Assembly (NCBI GenBank): GCA_964571225.1 | Contig: CAZNBB010000002.1 | Span: 7,421 to 71,420 of the forward strand | Source of the DNA: an uncultured Gammaproteobacteria bacterium | GTDB taxonomy: Bacteria; Pseudomonadota; Gammaproteobacteria; DATFLG01 | Reading direction: 5' to 3' | DNA: 64,000 nt | In this document: in pieces, positions 31,294 to 41,868 of the stretch | Numbering within the stretch: the stretch's first letter is position 1 | How the letters are laid out: every line of letters begins with the position of its first letter | Program-made: the position numbers and the translations under genes | Notes under the pieces: generated by a model | What the model saw: only the letters and a program-made list of their open reading frames with translations | Database searches by the model: none | What the model was told of the DNA's origin: nothing

Positions 31294-33456
31294 TCATTGC
31301 GCCTGTCCGGCGGGTACCGCAGCGGCTGTCGAAATGCCTGCCGCCACCAACTCGAGCAGTCGATCCGGCTCCACCGGCTTGGTCAGAAAGTAATCGGCAC
31401 CGGCCCCGTAGGCCGCCTGCTGACTCTCCCGGGTTGCGTCCGCAGTCAGCACGATGACCGCCGTCCCCCGCCGTCCGGCGGGAAGCGCGGCGCGGTAGCG
31501 GCGTACCGCGTCCAGCCCCGACAGATCCGGCATCTGTATATCGACGATCGCCAACGGGTAGCGGTCGGTATTCAACTCGGCCAGCAGCGCCGCGCCGGAG
31601 CCGACCAGGTCGGGCCGGTAGCCCGCCCTTTCCAGCACGCGTCGTATCACCAGTTGATTGATCCGGTTGTCCTCCCCCACCAGTATGCGCACGTCCCGGG
31701 GCCGGCTTGCAGCGGTCGCCGGCTGCTCTGCCACGGGCGCAGTCCTGTTGTACAGGATCTGCGCCAGATGCACAGCCGCACAGAGTTCCGCAGCGTCCAA
31801 CGGCAGACCTGCGATGGCGCTGTAACCGGCCTGCAGCGCACGCTCCCGGCCCGCAACCGACAGGTCCGCGGCCAACAGCAGCCAGCGCGGGCCGGAATCG
31901 GGACCTTTGCGACGCCAGTGCGTCGGCAACGCCAGTACCCTCGCGTCACTGCAATTTTCAGCGACGACCCATACCCAGCGCCTGGCTTCCCGGTCCGGAC
32001 GCCACTCCAGCGCATCGACCAGCTCCTGGCGCGTATGGCAGAAGGTGGCGCCGGTGACGCCCGCCGCCCGGAACTGTCCGTCCAGCACGGCCGCATCCTC
32101 CCCCCGCACGGAATACACCAGAACTTCTGCACCCACGGGCCTTTCCAGCGGATGATCTGACGCCGGCACTGTCTCCAGGCCAAGTTCGATCCAGAAGCAA
32201 CTCCCCGCTCCGGGGCTGCTCTGCACCCCGATGCTCCCGCCCATCAATTCCACCAGCTGCTTGGCGATCGCCGTGCCCAGCCCGGTGCCTCCGAACCGGC
32301 GTGCCGTGGAATCGTCCGCCTGGCGGAACCGTTCGAAGATGTGGGCTTGCGCCTGTGGCGCGATGCCGGCGCCCGTATCGCGCACTTCCAGACGCAGCCA
32401 CTGGGCCTGGGGATGGGACTGAGCCCTGCACAAGCGGATAACCACCTGCCCGCGGTCCGTGAATTTCACCGCATTGCCCACCAGGTTCGTCATCACCTGG
32501 CGCAGGCGGCTGGCGTCCCCGCGGCGGTGGAACGGCAGCCGTGTATCCACATCCAGCAACAGGGACAGCCCCTTCGCGGCCGCCTGGGCCCGGAACATGT
32601 GCCAGACCGACGACAGCAGCTCGTACAGGTCGAACGGGTTGTCTTCCAGGGTGATGCGCGCTTCTTCGACCTTGGCGAAATCCAGCACCTCGTCCACCAG
32701 TGCCCCCAGGCCCACCGCCGACTCGTGGATATCCTGCACCAGTTCCTTGTCCTGGGCGGTGAGATCCCGTCCCTGCAACAGATGGCTGAGTCCGATGACC
32801 GCATTGAGGGGCGTGCGCAACTCGTGGCTCATATTGGCGAGAAAGCGGCTCTTGGCGTCATTGGCCGCCTGGGCGTGACGCCTCTGGGCATCCAGTTGCC
32901 GCAACAGACGCCAAACGTAGAAGGGCACCACGCTGAGCAGCAGGATCATGCCGGTCATCAGTGTCGGCTGCCCGTACCAGAAGGGGGTGGCTACCGCCAT
33001 TGCCACGAAACCCGTGAGCGCCAACCCGGTGGCCAACAGCAGATAGCGCCCTCCATAGCGCAAGCCGTTGCCCACCGCGACCCACAGGTAGACCGGAAAC
33101 AGCGGCACCCCGAAGGTGCCCAGGTAGTGCATGACGGCACTGAGACCGGCGATGTCGGCCAGCGCGGCGGCCACCCGTCGCATGGCGGACACGTTGCGGC
33201 TGAAGACGATGAGCGCCACCCACCCACAGGACAGCACGGCGAACGCCGCGCCGATGACAATCACGGGGTCGGTGATGCCGGCGACGGCCCCGACCTCGAG
33301 TCGCACGAGGGCCGTTACATAGGCAAGATAAGCAACAGCGATCCCGACCCGGATGAGCGCCTGCTCGTGCTCGGTATCCTGCCGCCCCGCTCCGAGACGG
33401 GCCAAGCGCCCGATCAACGGATTGCGGCCCATCCGACTGGTTTCTTTTGCATCCAC
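31294..33456 (-). CDS. Hybrid sensor histidine kinase: membrane sensor domain, HisKA, HATPase_c, a degenerate receiver-like region, then REC
   Basis: H-box ...FLANMSHELRTPLNAV, G-boxes DTGAGIA and GGTGLGTAI, and a C-terminal REC with ILVGEDN...IVDIQMPDLSGLD...TKP. 720 aa. Confidence 0.88.
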   Translation of the reverse strand: MDAKETSRMGRNPLIGRLARLGAGRQDTEHEQALIRVGIAVAYLAYVTALVRLEVGAVAGITDPVIVIGAAFAVLSCGWVALIVFSRNVSAMRRVAAALADIAGLSAVMHYLGTFGVPLFPVYLWVAVGNGLRYGGRYLLLATGLALTGFVAMAVATPFWYGQPTLMTGMILLLSVVPFYVWRLLRQLDAQRRHAQAANDAKSRFLANMSHELRTPLNAVIGLSHLLQGRDLTAQDKELVQDIHESAVGLGALVDEVLDFAKVEEARITLEDNPFDLYELLSSVWHMFRAQAAAKGLSLLLDVDTRLPFHRRGDASRLRQVMTNLVGNAVKFTDRGQVVIRLCRAQSHPQAQWLRLEVRDTGAGIAPQAQAHIFERFRQADDSTARRFGGTGLGTAIAKQLVELMGGSIGVQSSPGAGSCFWIELGLETVPASDHPLERPVGAEVLVYSVRGEDAAVLDGQFRAAGVTGATFCHTRQELVDALEWRPDREARRWVWVVAENCSDARVLALPTHWRRKGPDSGPRWLLLAADLSVAGRERALQAGYSAIAGLPLDAAELCAAVHLAQILYNRTAPVAEQPATAASRPRDVRILVGEDNRINQLVIRRVLERAGYRPDLVGSGAALLAELNTDRYPLAIVDIQMPDLSGLDAVRRYRAALPAGRRGTAVIVLTADATRESQQAAYGAGADYFLTKPVEPDRLLELVAAGISTAAAVPAGQAQ

Positions 33457-33563
33457 TGCGCGACGGTCGACCGGAGCGAATAAGGTTCCGGGCAGCTTAC
33501 ATCAGCTGCGCCGGGGACCGAAACCGAACGCACCTCCCCCTGGCCCCGGGCAAACCCGCACCA

Positions 33564-35009
33564 TCACCTTCCGCCGGCGCGCAGCTCCCGATGGGCGGTC
33601 AGCGCCTCCCGGCGGGTGAGATCGAAGTCCACCACCCTCGGCGCGTAATCCGCGGCATCCCACGCCCGGTCCCGGCGCCCCGCCTCCGCGCCGACCCACG
33701 GCTGGTGCACCCAACGGTCAGGCACATGGGCCAGCTCGGGCAGCCAGCGACGTACGTACGCCCCTTCGGAGTCGAAACGTTCACCCTGGCGTATGGGGCT
33801 GAAGATTCGAAAATAGGGTGCCGCGTCCACACCCGTGCCGGCGACCCACTGCCAGCCCAGGGAGTTGTTGGCGAGGTCGGCATCCACCAGCGTGTCCCAG
33901 AACCAACGGGCGCCTTCCTGCCAGGGTACGCGGCAGTTCTTGACCAGGAAGGAAGCGGCCAGCATGCGGGCCCGGTTGTGCATCCAGCCGGTGTGCCACA
34001 GCTCGCGCATGCCCGCGTCCACCATGGGGTACCCGGTGCGACCCTGCTGCCAGCGACGCAGCAGGTCGCCGTAACCGGTACGCCAGGGAAACCGGTCAAA
34101 GCGTCGATCCATGGAGCGGCGGTCCGTATCGGGCCAGTGGTGCAGGACATAGGCGGCGAATTCCCGCCAAGCCAGCTGGCGCAGGAAGCTCTCGGCGCCC
34201 GTCCGTCCAGCCGCGCCGCCCCCCTCGCCGATTGCCTGTACAGCGTGCCAGAGTTGACGGGGCGAGAGCTCGCCGAAGTGCAGATAGGGCGAGAGCCCGG
34301 ATACGCCGTCGGTCCCCGGCCAGTCACGGGCGGTTGGGTAATGCTCAAGGTCCTGGTCACAAAAGGCGGCCAGCCGCCGGTTGGCGGCATCCTCTCCCGC
34401 CTCCCAGCGGGCCTCCAGGCCGTCGGCCCAGGCATGCCCGGGAGCAAGCTCCAACTCCCGCAGTACCGAACCCGGCGGCCAGCGGTCCGGGGCTGGGATA
34501 CGCTTTGGTGCAGGCATAGCGGACGCTACGCTGAGTCGGGCATACCAGGCCTTCCAATAGGCGGAAAATACCCGATAGGGCGTGCCGGCCTGGCTCAGCA
34601 CGGCATCGGGCTCGACCAGCAGTGCGCCCCGGCAGGTAACCACCCGCGCGCCGTCGGCCTCCAGAGCCGCCGCCACTCGCGCGTCGCGGGCGGCGACCCC
34701 GGGTTCGTAGGCTCGCTGCCAGTACACGGCCGTCGCGCCTATGGACCGGCGCAGCGCCTGCAAGGCTTCCAGGGAAGGGCCGCGGCGAACCACCAGGCGC
34801 GACTTCCGACCTTCGAGACGGCGCGCGAACCGCTCCAGGCTGCGGTCCAGCCACCAGCGGCTGGCGGCGCCGGGCTCCCAAGGCGATTCTTCTTCCGGTG
34901 CATGGATATACACCGGCACCACCGCGTCGTGGGCGGCAAGAGCGGCGCTGAGCGCCGGGTGATCCGCCAACCGCAGATCACGTCGGAACCAGACGATGGC
35001 AGTGCTCAA
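33564..35009 (-). CDS. phr: Deoxyribodipyrimidine photolyase (CPD photolyase)
   Basis: ...STAIVWFRRDLRLADHPAL..., TGYPMVDAGMRELWHTGWMHNRARM and NNSLGWQWVAGTGVDAAPYFRIFSP (FAD-binding). The proposed start is the TTG at 35009 (MSTAIVWF), giving about 481 aa. The 778-aa track ORF is an N-terminal overrun into hemH. Confidence 0.85.
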   Translation of the reverse strand: MSTAIVWFRRDLRLADHPALSAALAAHDAVVPVYIHAPEEESPWEPGAASRWWLDRSLERFARRLEGRKSRLVVRRGPSLEALQALRRSIGATAVYWQRAYEPGVAARDARVAAALEADGARVVTCRGALLVEPDAVLSQAGTPYRVFSAYWKAWYARLSVASAMPAPKRIPAPDRWPPGSVLRELELAPGHAWADGLEARWEAGEDAANRRLAAFCDQDLEHYPTARDWPGTDGVSGLSPYLHFGELSPRQLWHAVQAIGEGGGAAGRTGAESFLRQLAWREFAAYVLHHWPDTDRRSMDRRFDRFPWRTGYGDLLRRWQQGRTGYPMVDAGMRELWHTGWMHNRARMLAASFLVKNCRVPWQEGARWFWDTLVDADLANNSLGWQWVAGTGVDAAPYFRIFSPIRQGERFDSEGAYVRRWLPELAHVPDRWVHQPWVGAEAGRRDRAWDAADYAPRVVDFDLTRREALTAHRELRAGGR

Positions 35010-35120
35010 GGTTTTCCCGGCAAACGGATTGCTGACCAGCAGCAAGAATGAACGACCCTTGGGCACCGGGCAAGTGCGTTCGTTATACTGAACCGCGTCG
35101 TTCCAACGCAGGCAGCAGAC

Positions 35121-36230
35121 ATGACTCAATACCAGGGCGAAGCCGCCTACGAACACGGCAGCGGTTCCTGCACCGGCGTGTTGGTGACCAATCTGGGGAC
35201 CCCGGACGCTCCCACGGCGACGGCGCTGCGCCGCTATCTGGCGCAGTTCCTGTGGGATCCGCGGGTGGTCGAGTTCCCGCGGCCTCTGTGGTGGCTGATC
35301 CTGCGCATCATCCTGCGGATACGCCCGCGCCGGGCGGCCCGCAGTTACGCGCGGGTATGGACCGAAGAGGGCTCGCCGCTGCTGGTCATCTCCCGCCGCC
35401 AGGCCGCCGCCCTGCAGACAGCGCTGCAGGAACGCTTCGGCGGCCCCGTGGAAGTCGTCCTGGGAATGCGTTACGGCCGTCCTTCCATCCGGGCGGCCAT
35501 GGAGCAACTGCGCAGTCGCGGAGCACGGCGGCTGCTGGTGCTGCCGTTGTACCCCCAGTACTCGGCCGCCACCACAGCGTCCACCTTCGACGCGGTGGCC
35601 GACGTGCTGAAATCGTGGCGGTGGATACCCGAACTGCGCTTCGTTCAGCATTATCCCGACGATCCCGGCTACATTGCCGCCCTGGCTGCCAGCATCCGGG
35701 AACATTGGGCCGAGCATGGGCAGGCCGACCGGCTGCTGTTCTCCTTCCACGGCGTGCCCAAGCGCTACCTGCACGCGGGCGACCCTTATCATTGCGAATG
35801 TCAGCGCACCGCCCGCCTGCTGGCCGAGGCCCTGGAGCTGCCGGATACCAGCTGGCAGGCCACCTTTCAATCCCGCTTCGGACGGGAGGAGTGGCTGCAA
35901 CCGTACACCGACGAGACCCTCAAGAGCCTGCCGGGACAGGGTGTACGTTCAGTCCAGGTCGTTTGCCCGGGATTCAGCGCCGACTGCCTGGAAACCCTGG
36001 AGGAGATCGCCGAACAGAACCGGGATTTCTTTCTCGCCGCGGGCGGCGAGCGCTACGAATACATCCCCGCCCTGAACGACCGCCCCGACCATATCGACGC
36101 CTTGACGCAACTGGTGGCGCGCCACACCGGCGGCTGGCCGGAAGGCGGCGCGGACTGGTCCGAACACGCCGACCGCGAGTCGCGGGAAGCGAGTCGCCGC
36201 AGCGCCCTGGCGGCCGGCGCCGCGCGCTGA
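35121..36230 (+). CDS. hemH: Ferrochelatase
   Basis: 369 aa. ...GVLVTNLGTPDAPT...LVLPLYPQYSAATT...FSFHGVP. Divergent from phr. Confidence 0.9.
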   Translation: MTQYQGEAAYEHGSGSCTGVLVTNLGTPDAPTATALRRYLAQFLWDPRVVEFPRPLWWLILRIILRIRPRRAARSYARVWTEEGSPLLVISRRQAAALQTALQERFGGPVEVVLGMRYGRPSIRAAMEQLRSRGARRLLVLPLYPQYSAATTASTFDAVADVLKSWRWIPELRFVQHYPDDPGYIAALAASIREHWAEHGQADRLLFSFHGVPKRYLHAGDPYHCECQRTARLLAEALELPDTSWQATFQSRFGREEWLQPYTDETLKSLPGQGVRSVQVVCPGFSADCLETLEEIAEQNRDFFLAAGGERYEYIPALNDRPDHIDALTQLVARHTGGWPEGGADWSEHADRESREASRRSALAAGAAR

Positions 36231-36260
36231 GCTCGCCCGGCGGGCGGCAGCCGGACTGAC

Positions 36261-37259
36261 ATGAAAGCGCGTCAGACAACCGCGCGGAATACCCCAGACG
36301 ATGCCGCGAACAGGCCAACCATCCGCATCGGCGTCAGCAGCTGCCTGCTCGGTGAGCGCGTGCGCTACGACGGCAACGACAAACGCGACGCCTACGTCAC
36401 CGGCACTCTGAGCCGCTATTTCGATCTGGTACCCGTGTGTCCCGAGGTGGCTGTGGGACTGGGTGTGCCCCGCCCCCCCATCCGCCTGGTGGGCGATGTG
36501 AAGTCACCGCGGGCACTGGGCGTGCACGATCCGGCCCTGGACCCGACCGACGCTCTGCGCGCCTTCGGCCGGACAATGGCGACCGAGCTCAGCGCTATCA
36601 GCGGATATCTGTTCAAGAGCCGTTCCCCCAGCTGCGGCATGGAAGGGGTGCCCGTCTACCCGACGGTGGGGTCACGGAGGGCCCGTAAAGGGGTCGGGCT
36701 CTATGCACGGGAAATCATGAACGCCCACCCCCTGCTGCCGGTCGAAGAGGAAGGACGTCTGGCGGATGCCGGGCTCAGGGACAACTTTCTGGAAAGGGTG
36801 TTCGCATTGCGGCGCTGGCAGGAAACCATGCTTGCCGATCCCAGCCCCGAAGGGCTGGCGGCTTTTCACAGGGCGCATCGCCTTTCGCTGATGGCCCATG
36901 GACGCGGACCCCTGGGCGCTCTCGACGACGCCTTGGCGCGCATTGGCGACACGGACATCCGACAACTCGCGGGAGAGTATTTCAGCGTGTTCATGACCGC
37001 GCTCAAATGCCGCGCGACGCCGCACCGCCATATCCGTGTGCTTCGCCATCTGTTGGCTCGCCTGCGCCCGTATCTTGACGGCGACGACAAAGAGGAGTTG
37101 CTCATGCTGATCGAAGCCTACCGGTGCGGCCGCCTTCCCCGGATCATGCTTCTGGTCTTGTTCGGACATCATTTCCGGCGTCATCCCGACCCTGCCATCG
37201 TTCAGTCGGTGTATCTCTATCCCGGCCCCGAAGAACTGACGCTGCGCAGCGCACTGTAG
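36261..37259 (+). CDS. ybgA: YbgA-like protein (DUF523/DUF1722 fusion)
   Basis: ...IGVSSCLLGERVRYDGNDKRD...CPEVAVGLGVPRP...SRSPSCGMEG (the DUF523 Cys motifs) followed by the DUF1722 helical part. YbgA is the classic phr neighbour. Confidence 0.75.
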   Translation: MKARQTTARNTPDDAANRPTIRIGVSSCLLGERVRYDGNDKRDAYVTGTLSRYFDLVPVCPEVAVGLGVPRPPIRLVGDVKSPRALGVHDPALDPTDALRAFGRTMATELSAISGYLFKSRSPSCGMEGVPVYPTVGSRRARKGVGLYAREIMNAHPLLPVEEEGRLADAGLRDNFLERVFALRRWQETMLADPSPEGLAAFHRAHRLSLMAHGRGPLGALDDALARIGDTDIRQLAGEYFSVFMTALKCRATPHRHIRVLRHLLARLRPYLDGDDKEELLMLIEAYRCGRLPRIMLLVLFGHHFRRHPDPAIVQSVYLYPGPEELTLRSAL

Positions 37260-37271
37260 ACTATCGAACTC

Positions 37272-38525
37272 ATGAGACTACTCCCACCCTTCACAACGCT
37301 GCTGGCGTTGGCCGCCCTGTTGCTGTCGAACGCCGTAGCAGCAAAACCGCGCATCGTGCTTCCGGAATACCGCCTGCAGCCCGATCAGTTGGGTGTGGTC
37401 GTCAATGATGAAGATCCGTTGAGCGTGCGCATCGCCCGTTACTACCAGCGCAAACGGCACATTCCTGCCCGCAACATGATTCACGTGCGCTTCACGCCGG
37501 GCCACAATTTCATGGCGCCCGACGAGTTCAAGCGCATCAAGGCGGACGTGGATCGCCAGACGCCCAATGCCGTCCAGGCCTACGCCTTGACCTGGGCCGC
37601 TCCCTTCCGAGTCGGATGCATGTCCATCACCACAGCCTTCGCCGTGGGCTTCGACCGCCGCTACTGCGCCAAGCAGCGGTGCGGCCGCACCCATCCCAGC
37701 CCCTACTTCGACAGCCCCAGTACTGCACCGTACCGGGACTTTGGAATGCGTCCGACCATGGAACTGGCTGCGACCAGCTTTGCCCGCGCCAAGGCGCTCA
37801 TTGACCGTGGCGTAGCGGCCGACGACAGCGACCCTTCCGGCACCGCGTACCTGGTGAGCACCACCGACAAGGCACGCAATGTGAGAGCCGTGTTATACCC
37901 GCGTATAAAGCAACTGTTCGGGCCGCGCCTTCGAATACGGATCGTGCACGCCAACGCCATCCGCGACCGCCATGACGTCCTGTTCTATTTCACGGGCGAG
38001 GTGCATGTACCGGATCTGGACACACTAACCTTCCGCCCGGGTGCCATTGCCGACCACCTGACATCCGCCGGCGGACAACTTTTCGGCGGCCGTCAAATGA
38101 GCAGTCTGCGATGGCTGCAGGCCGGCGCCACCGGCAGTTACGGCACCGTGGTGGAACCGTGCAACTATCTGCAGAAGTTTCCCAACCCGGCGGTCGTGAT
38201 GCGGTGGTACCTGCAGGGAGAAACCCTGATAGAGGCCTACTGGAAGAGCGTGGCCTGGCCGGGCCAGGGCCTGTTCATAGGCGAACCGCTGGCCAGCCCC
38301 TTCGGGGGGTACCGGCTGCAGGTGGACCCCGATGCCCTGTGGCTTGACACCCACGTGCTGGCACCCGGGCGCTATCGGCTGCAGACCGCTCCCAGTCCGG
38401 TGGGGCCTTATCGCAACCGCAATGTGGTCATTACAGCCCGCTTCGGGCAGACCCGCTTCCGTCTGCCCCGCTTGCACGCGCCGGTGTATCGGCTGCAGCC
38501 GCTGCCCGCGCCGTACGGACTCTGA
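37272..38525 (+). CDS. Secreted hypothetical protein (signal peptide, 417 aa)
   Basis: MRLLPPFTTLLALAALLLSNAVAAKP signal peptide and a long unbroken ORF. No motif I can name. Confidence 0.55.
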   Translation: MRLLPPFTTLLALAALLLSNAVAAKPRIVLPEYRLQPDQLGVVVNDEDPLSVRIARYYQRKRHIPARNMIHVRFTPGHNFMAPDEFKRIKADVDRQTPNAVQAYALTWAAPFRVGCMSITTAFAVGFDRRYCAKQRCGRTHPSPYFDSPSTAPYRDFGMRPTMELAATSFARAKALIDRGVAADDSDPSGTAYLVSTTDKARNVRAVLYPRIKQLFGPRLRIRIVHANAIRDRHDVLFYFTGEVHVPDLDTLTFRPGAIADHLTSAGGQLFGGRQMSSLRWLQAGATGSYGTVVEPCNYLQKFPNPAVVMRWYLQGETLIEAYWKSVAWPGQGLFIGEPLASPFGGYRLQVDPDALWLDTHVLAPGRYRLQTAPSPVGPYRNRNVVITARFGQTRFRLPRLHAPVYRLQPLPAPYGL

Positions 38526-38531
38526 ACAAGC

Positions 38532-39836
38532 TCACTGCTCTGCCGCGTCGCGCGCGCCGCGGGCGGGATCGACCGCCAGCAGCAGCCCGCCGCCGGCGAC
38601 AAACAGCACCACTACCGACAGGATGGACAACCGTGGGTTGCCGGTAAGCACGGCGACCCAGCCCATCAGCGCCGGACCCAGCACGGCGGCGAACTTGCCC
38701 AGCATGTTGTAGAAGCCGAAGAACTCACCCGTGCGCTGGGCGGGAATCAGGCGGGCGTACATGGACCGGCTCAGGGACTGCACACCACCCTGCACCAGGC
38801 CGACCATCACGGCGAGCAGATAGAACTGCCAGACATGGTTCATGAACACGCCCTGCACAGTGACGCCGATGTAGACCACCAGCCCGAGCAGGATGGCCGT
38901 CTTGGCACCGATGCGGGCACCCAACCAGCCGAAGCCTAGCGCAGCCGGAAATCCCACGAACTGGGTGATCAGCAGGGCGACGATCAGGCTGTTGCTGGGA
39001 AACCCCAGCGACAGTCCATAGTCAACGGCCATTCGTATCACCGTGTCCACGCCGTCGATGTATAGCCAATAGGCCGCCAGAAACAGGAATGCCTGGGGCA
39101 GGTGCCCGACTTCCCTGAGCGTCTGCAGCAACCGGCGCAGACTGTCCGCCAGCGGCCTGCCGGGCCCGCGCGTTGGCCCATACCCCAATTCGCGCACGAA
39201 CAGCAGCAGGGGAACGGAAAACACGGCCCACCAGACGGCCACCGTCAGGAAGGAAATCCGCACCGCCTGTGCGCTGCCGGAAAGGCCGAACCACTGCGGG
39301 TGCAGGGTCATCAATACGTTCGCGGTGAACAGTAGTCCGCCACCCAGGTAGCCCAGGGCATAACCGAGTGCCGACAGCCGGTCCATGTCGGTCCGGCCCG
39401 CCACCACGACCAGCAGAGCGTCATAAAACAAATTGGCGCCCGCAAAGCCTATAACCGCCAGACCGTACAGCAGCGCCGCCAGATGCCAGGCGCCCTTGCC
39501 GACGAAATACAGGCCTGCGGTCATCACGATGCCCAGCAAAGCGAACGCGGCCAGCAGAACCTTCCGCCACTGCAACCGGTCCGCCAGGGCACCCAGCAAA
39601 GGTGCCACCAGCAGCACGGTCAGGCTGGCTCCGGAGTTGGCGAGCCCGAGATGGAACGTGCTTTCCACCACCGGTGCTCCGGCGTTCCAGTACTGCTTGA
39701 AGAACACCGGAAAGAAGCCGGCCATGACTGTGGTGGAGAAAACGGAGTTGGCCCAGTCATAGAACGCCCACGACCAGGCCGCCCGCCGGCCGCCTCCCGC
39801 CGGCGGCGCCGAACCGGATGAGTGGAGGTCAGCCAT
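38532..39836 (-). CDS. MFS transporter (UMF1-like)
   Basis: 434 aa. 12 predicted TM segments; AFYDWANSVF and GEFFGFYNMLGKFAAVLGP are typical of the UMF1/YjdL-like MFS clade. Confidence 0.8.
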   Translation of the reverse strand: MADLHSSGSAPPAGGGRRAAWSWAFYDWANSVFSTTVMAGFFPVFFKQYWNAGAPVVESTFHLGLANSGASLTVLLVAPLLGALADRLQWRKVLLAAFALLGIVMTAGLYFVGKGAWHLAALLYGLAVIGFAGANLFYDALLVVVAGRTDMDRLSALGYALGYLGGGLLFTANVLMTLHPQWFGLSGSAQAVRISFLTVAVWWAVFSVPLLLFVRELGYGPTRGPGRPLADSLRRLLQTLREVGHLPQAFLFLAAYWLYIDGVDTVIRMAVDYGLSLGFPSNSLIVALLITQFVGFPAALGFGWLGARIGAKTAILLGLVVYIGVTVQGVFMNHVWQFYLLAVMVGLVQGGVQSLSRSMYARLIPAQRTGEFFGFYNMLGKFAAVLGPALMGWVAVLTGNPRLSILSVVVLFVAGGGLLLAVDPARGARDAAEQ

Positions 39837-39887
39837 GGGCGTGTCGCGGAGCCGGTCCGCGACAACTGTGCATCCGCCCGGGGTCGG

Positions 39888-40718
39888 TCACAGATACCAC
39901 CACGCGAGAGCGGCCAGCCCCATCGCGGCGCAATAGAATCCGAACGGACGCAGCGCCTTCACTTCGTGGGTATTGAAGTAGCGCATCAGTATCCACGTGC
40001 TCAGGTACGCACAGACGCCGGCAACAACGCCTGCACCGAAGACCGTGCCGACCTGCATGTGGGCATGAGCCCGAAACAGCTTCGGCACCTCCAGCAGGCC
40101 GGCTGCACCGATGATGGGCGTCGCCAGCAGGAACGAAAAACGTGCCGAGGCACCATAGTCCAGGCCGTTGGCCAGGCCGGCAACCAGCGTAACGCCGGAG
40201 CGCGACATGCCGGGGATCAAGGCGAGCGATTGCGCAAACCCGATCAGCAGCGCGCGACCCCAGCCCATGGTCTCCAGTTGCCGGCTGTTGGGGGTGCGGC
40301 GCTTGAGTGCGTCGCCGGCAAACAGCACGAAACCATTCAGGACCAGGAATACCGCCACTACCGTAAGACTGCCGAACAGCAGCCTGAGTTTCTTCTCCAG
40401 AGCCAACCCCAACAGCCCTGCCGGCACGGTCGCCACCACCAGCAGCCAGAACAGCCGCGCATGGGCATTGGACGTGCCGCCGCGCGCGCGGATCACGCCG
40501 CCCAGCAGATCGCGCCAGTCACGCCAGAAATACAGCAGCAGGGCGCTGGCCGTACCCAGATGGAGTACCACGAGAAATGGCAGAAAATCCGGATTGTCGC
40601 GGTTGAGATCCCATCCCAGCATGATAGGCAGCAACACCCCGTGTCCGAGGCTGCTGATGGGAAACAACTCGGTAATACCCTGCATGACGGCGAACAGCAA
40701 TATATGTAGCTCGTTCAT
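39888..40718 (-). CDS. uppP: Undecaprenyl-diphosphate phosphatase
   Basis: 276 aa. MNELHILLFAVMQGITELFPISSLGHGVLLP (the BacA signature). Confidence 0.92.
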   Translation of the reverse strand: MNELHILLFAVMQGITELFPISSLGHGVLLPIMLGWDLNRDNPDFLPFLVVLHLGTASALLLYFWRDWRDLLGGVIRARGGTSNAHARLFWLLVVATVPAGLLGLALEKKLRLLFGSLTVVAVFLVLNGFVLFAGDALKRRTPNSRQLETMGWGRALLIGFAQSLALIPGMSRSGVTLVAGLANGLDYGASARFSFLLATPIIGAAGLLEVPKLFRAHAHMQVGTVFGAGVVAGVCAYLSTWILMRYFNTHEVKALRPFGFYCAAMGLAALAWWYL

Positions 40719-40915
40719 AGACGGACCTGGCTGCGAAGGGCAAAGCCCGGATTATATACGGCAAAGGGTGCGAATTGTGCGACGGCACGGTCAGCCGCAG
40801 GCGGCCGCGGTCATTTGCGTTGATTTCAGCGGCCCCGTACCATCCGACGTGGGAGCCGCGCAAAGGAACAGCGATCGCGGCGCCGAACGCTACAACCTGC
40901 ACACCGGGGGCAGCT

Positions 40916-41125
40916 ATGACAGACCATGTCTACAAGACCATTGAGCTGACAGGGTCCTCGACCACGGGCACCGACGACGCCATTCGCAACGCCATTGCGC
41001 AAGCCGCCAAGTCGGTGCGTCACATGGACTGGTTCGAGGTCATGGAAACCCGCGGCAACATCCGCGACGACCGGGTCGCCTATTGGCAGGTGACGGTGAA
41101 AGTGGGCTTCCGGCTGGAAGACTGA
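40916..41125 (+). CDS. Dodecin family flavin-binding protein
   Basis: 69 aa. [49 protein letters not shown]...[11 protein letters not shown]. The track ORF start at 40775 is an extension. Confidence 0.8.
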   Translation: MTDHVYKTIELTGSSTTGTDDAIRNAIAQAAKSVRHMDWFEVMETRGNIRDDRVAYWQVTVKVGFRLED

Positions 41126-41160
41126 AGGTATCGACCGGTCGGCAACGGGGACGGCAAAGA

Positions 41161-41541
41161 TTGCAGAACGCAAAACTGTTCTTGACGATCGGGGCGGCCA
41201 ATGGCGCCCTGGCGGTGATCCTGGGCGCGTTTGGGGCCCACATGCTGCGCTCGCATCTGTCGCCCCAGATGTACAGCGTGTTTCATATCGCCGAGCAATA
41301 TCACTTCTATCATGCGTTGGGATTGCTCGCCGTCGGGCTGACTACACTGCACCTGCCGGCATCCCGCTATCTGGCGTGGTCGGGGTGGCTGATGACGGCA
41401 GGTATCGTGCTGTTCTCCGGCAGCCTCTATGCCCTCGCGCTGACCGATGTGCGCTGGCTGGGGGCCATAACCCCTTTCGGTGGAACGGCATTCATCGCCG
41501 CCTGGATCGTGCTTGCCGTCGGCGTCGCCAAGGGCCTGTGA
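41161..41541 (+). CDS. DUF423 family membrane protein (YgdD-like)
   Basis: Four TM helices, GAANGALAVILGAFGAH... The start is proposed at the TTG at 41161 (MQNAKLFLTIG) because the upstream part of the ORF is non-hydrophobic. Confidence 0.6.
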   Translation: MQNAKLFLTIGAANGALAVILGAFGAHMLRSHLSPQMYSVFHIAEQYHFYHALGLLAVGLTTLHLPASRYLAWSGWLMTAGIVLFSGSLYALALTDVRWLGAITPFGGTAFIAAWIVLAVGVAKGL

Positions 41542-41578
41542 AAACCCGGCACCGGGGCGGCAAGGGGAGGACCAGCTG

Positions 41579-41767
41579 ATGAGAATCGAAGTGAGCGGCT
41601 TCCTGGGCCTGCTGCTGCTGATCGTGGACGTCTGGGCCATCGTCAACGTGTTCCAAAGCCGGGCATCCACCGGTGCCAAGGTGTTCTGGACGGTACTGAT
41701 CCTGCTGCTTCCCGCCCTGGGACTGATCGTCTGGCTGCTTGCCGGCCCCCGCAGCGCGGCACCCTAG
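41579..41767 (+). CDS. Small membrane protein (PLD nuclease N-terminal domain or cardiolipin synthase N-terminal-like)
   Basis: 62 aa. MRIEVSGFLGLLLLIVDVWAIVNVFQSRASTGAKVFWTVLILLLPALGLIVWLLAGPR, with a strong SD AAGGGGAGG upstream. Confidence 0.65.
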   Translation: MRIEVSGFLGLLLLIVDVWAIVNVFQSRASTGAKVFWTVLILLLPALGLIVWLLAGPRSAAP

Positions 41768-41868
41768 TGGTCCATGCGGGCACCCGCCCCCCCGGACCGG
41801 GGCAACCCCGTCGGTACCCAACTGCGCTAGAATAGCCACCACACTCCGTAAGCGATCCGGACCCCCAA

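Noticed and set aside
30221-33456. Full MHYT sensor domain assignment for the shared membrane region of the kinase and the Hpt protein.
   Set aside because: Only one MHY(L)GT-like motif occurs, in the kinase copy only, whereas MHYT domains carry three repeats. The domain is left unclassified.
33564-35900. 778-aa ORF extending the photolyase gene about 300 aa upstream.
   Set aside because: The extension overlaps hemH on the opposite strand and has no photolyase homology. The conserved photolyase N-terminus (STAIVWFRRDLRL) begins near 35009.
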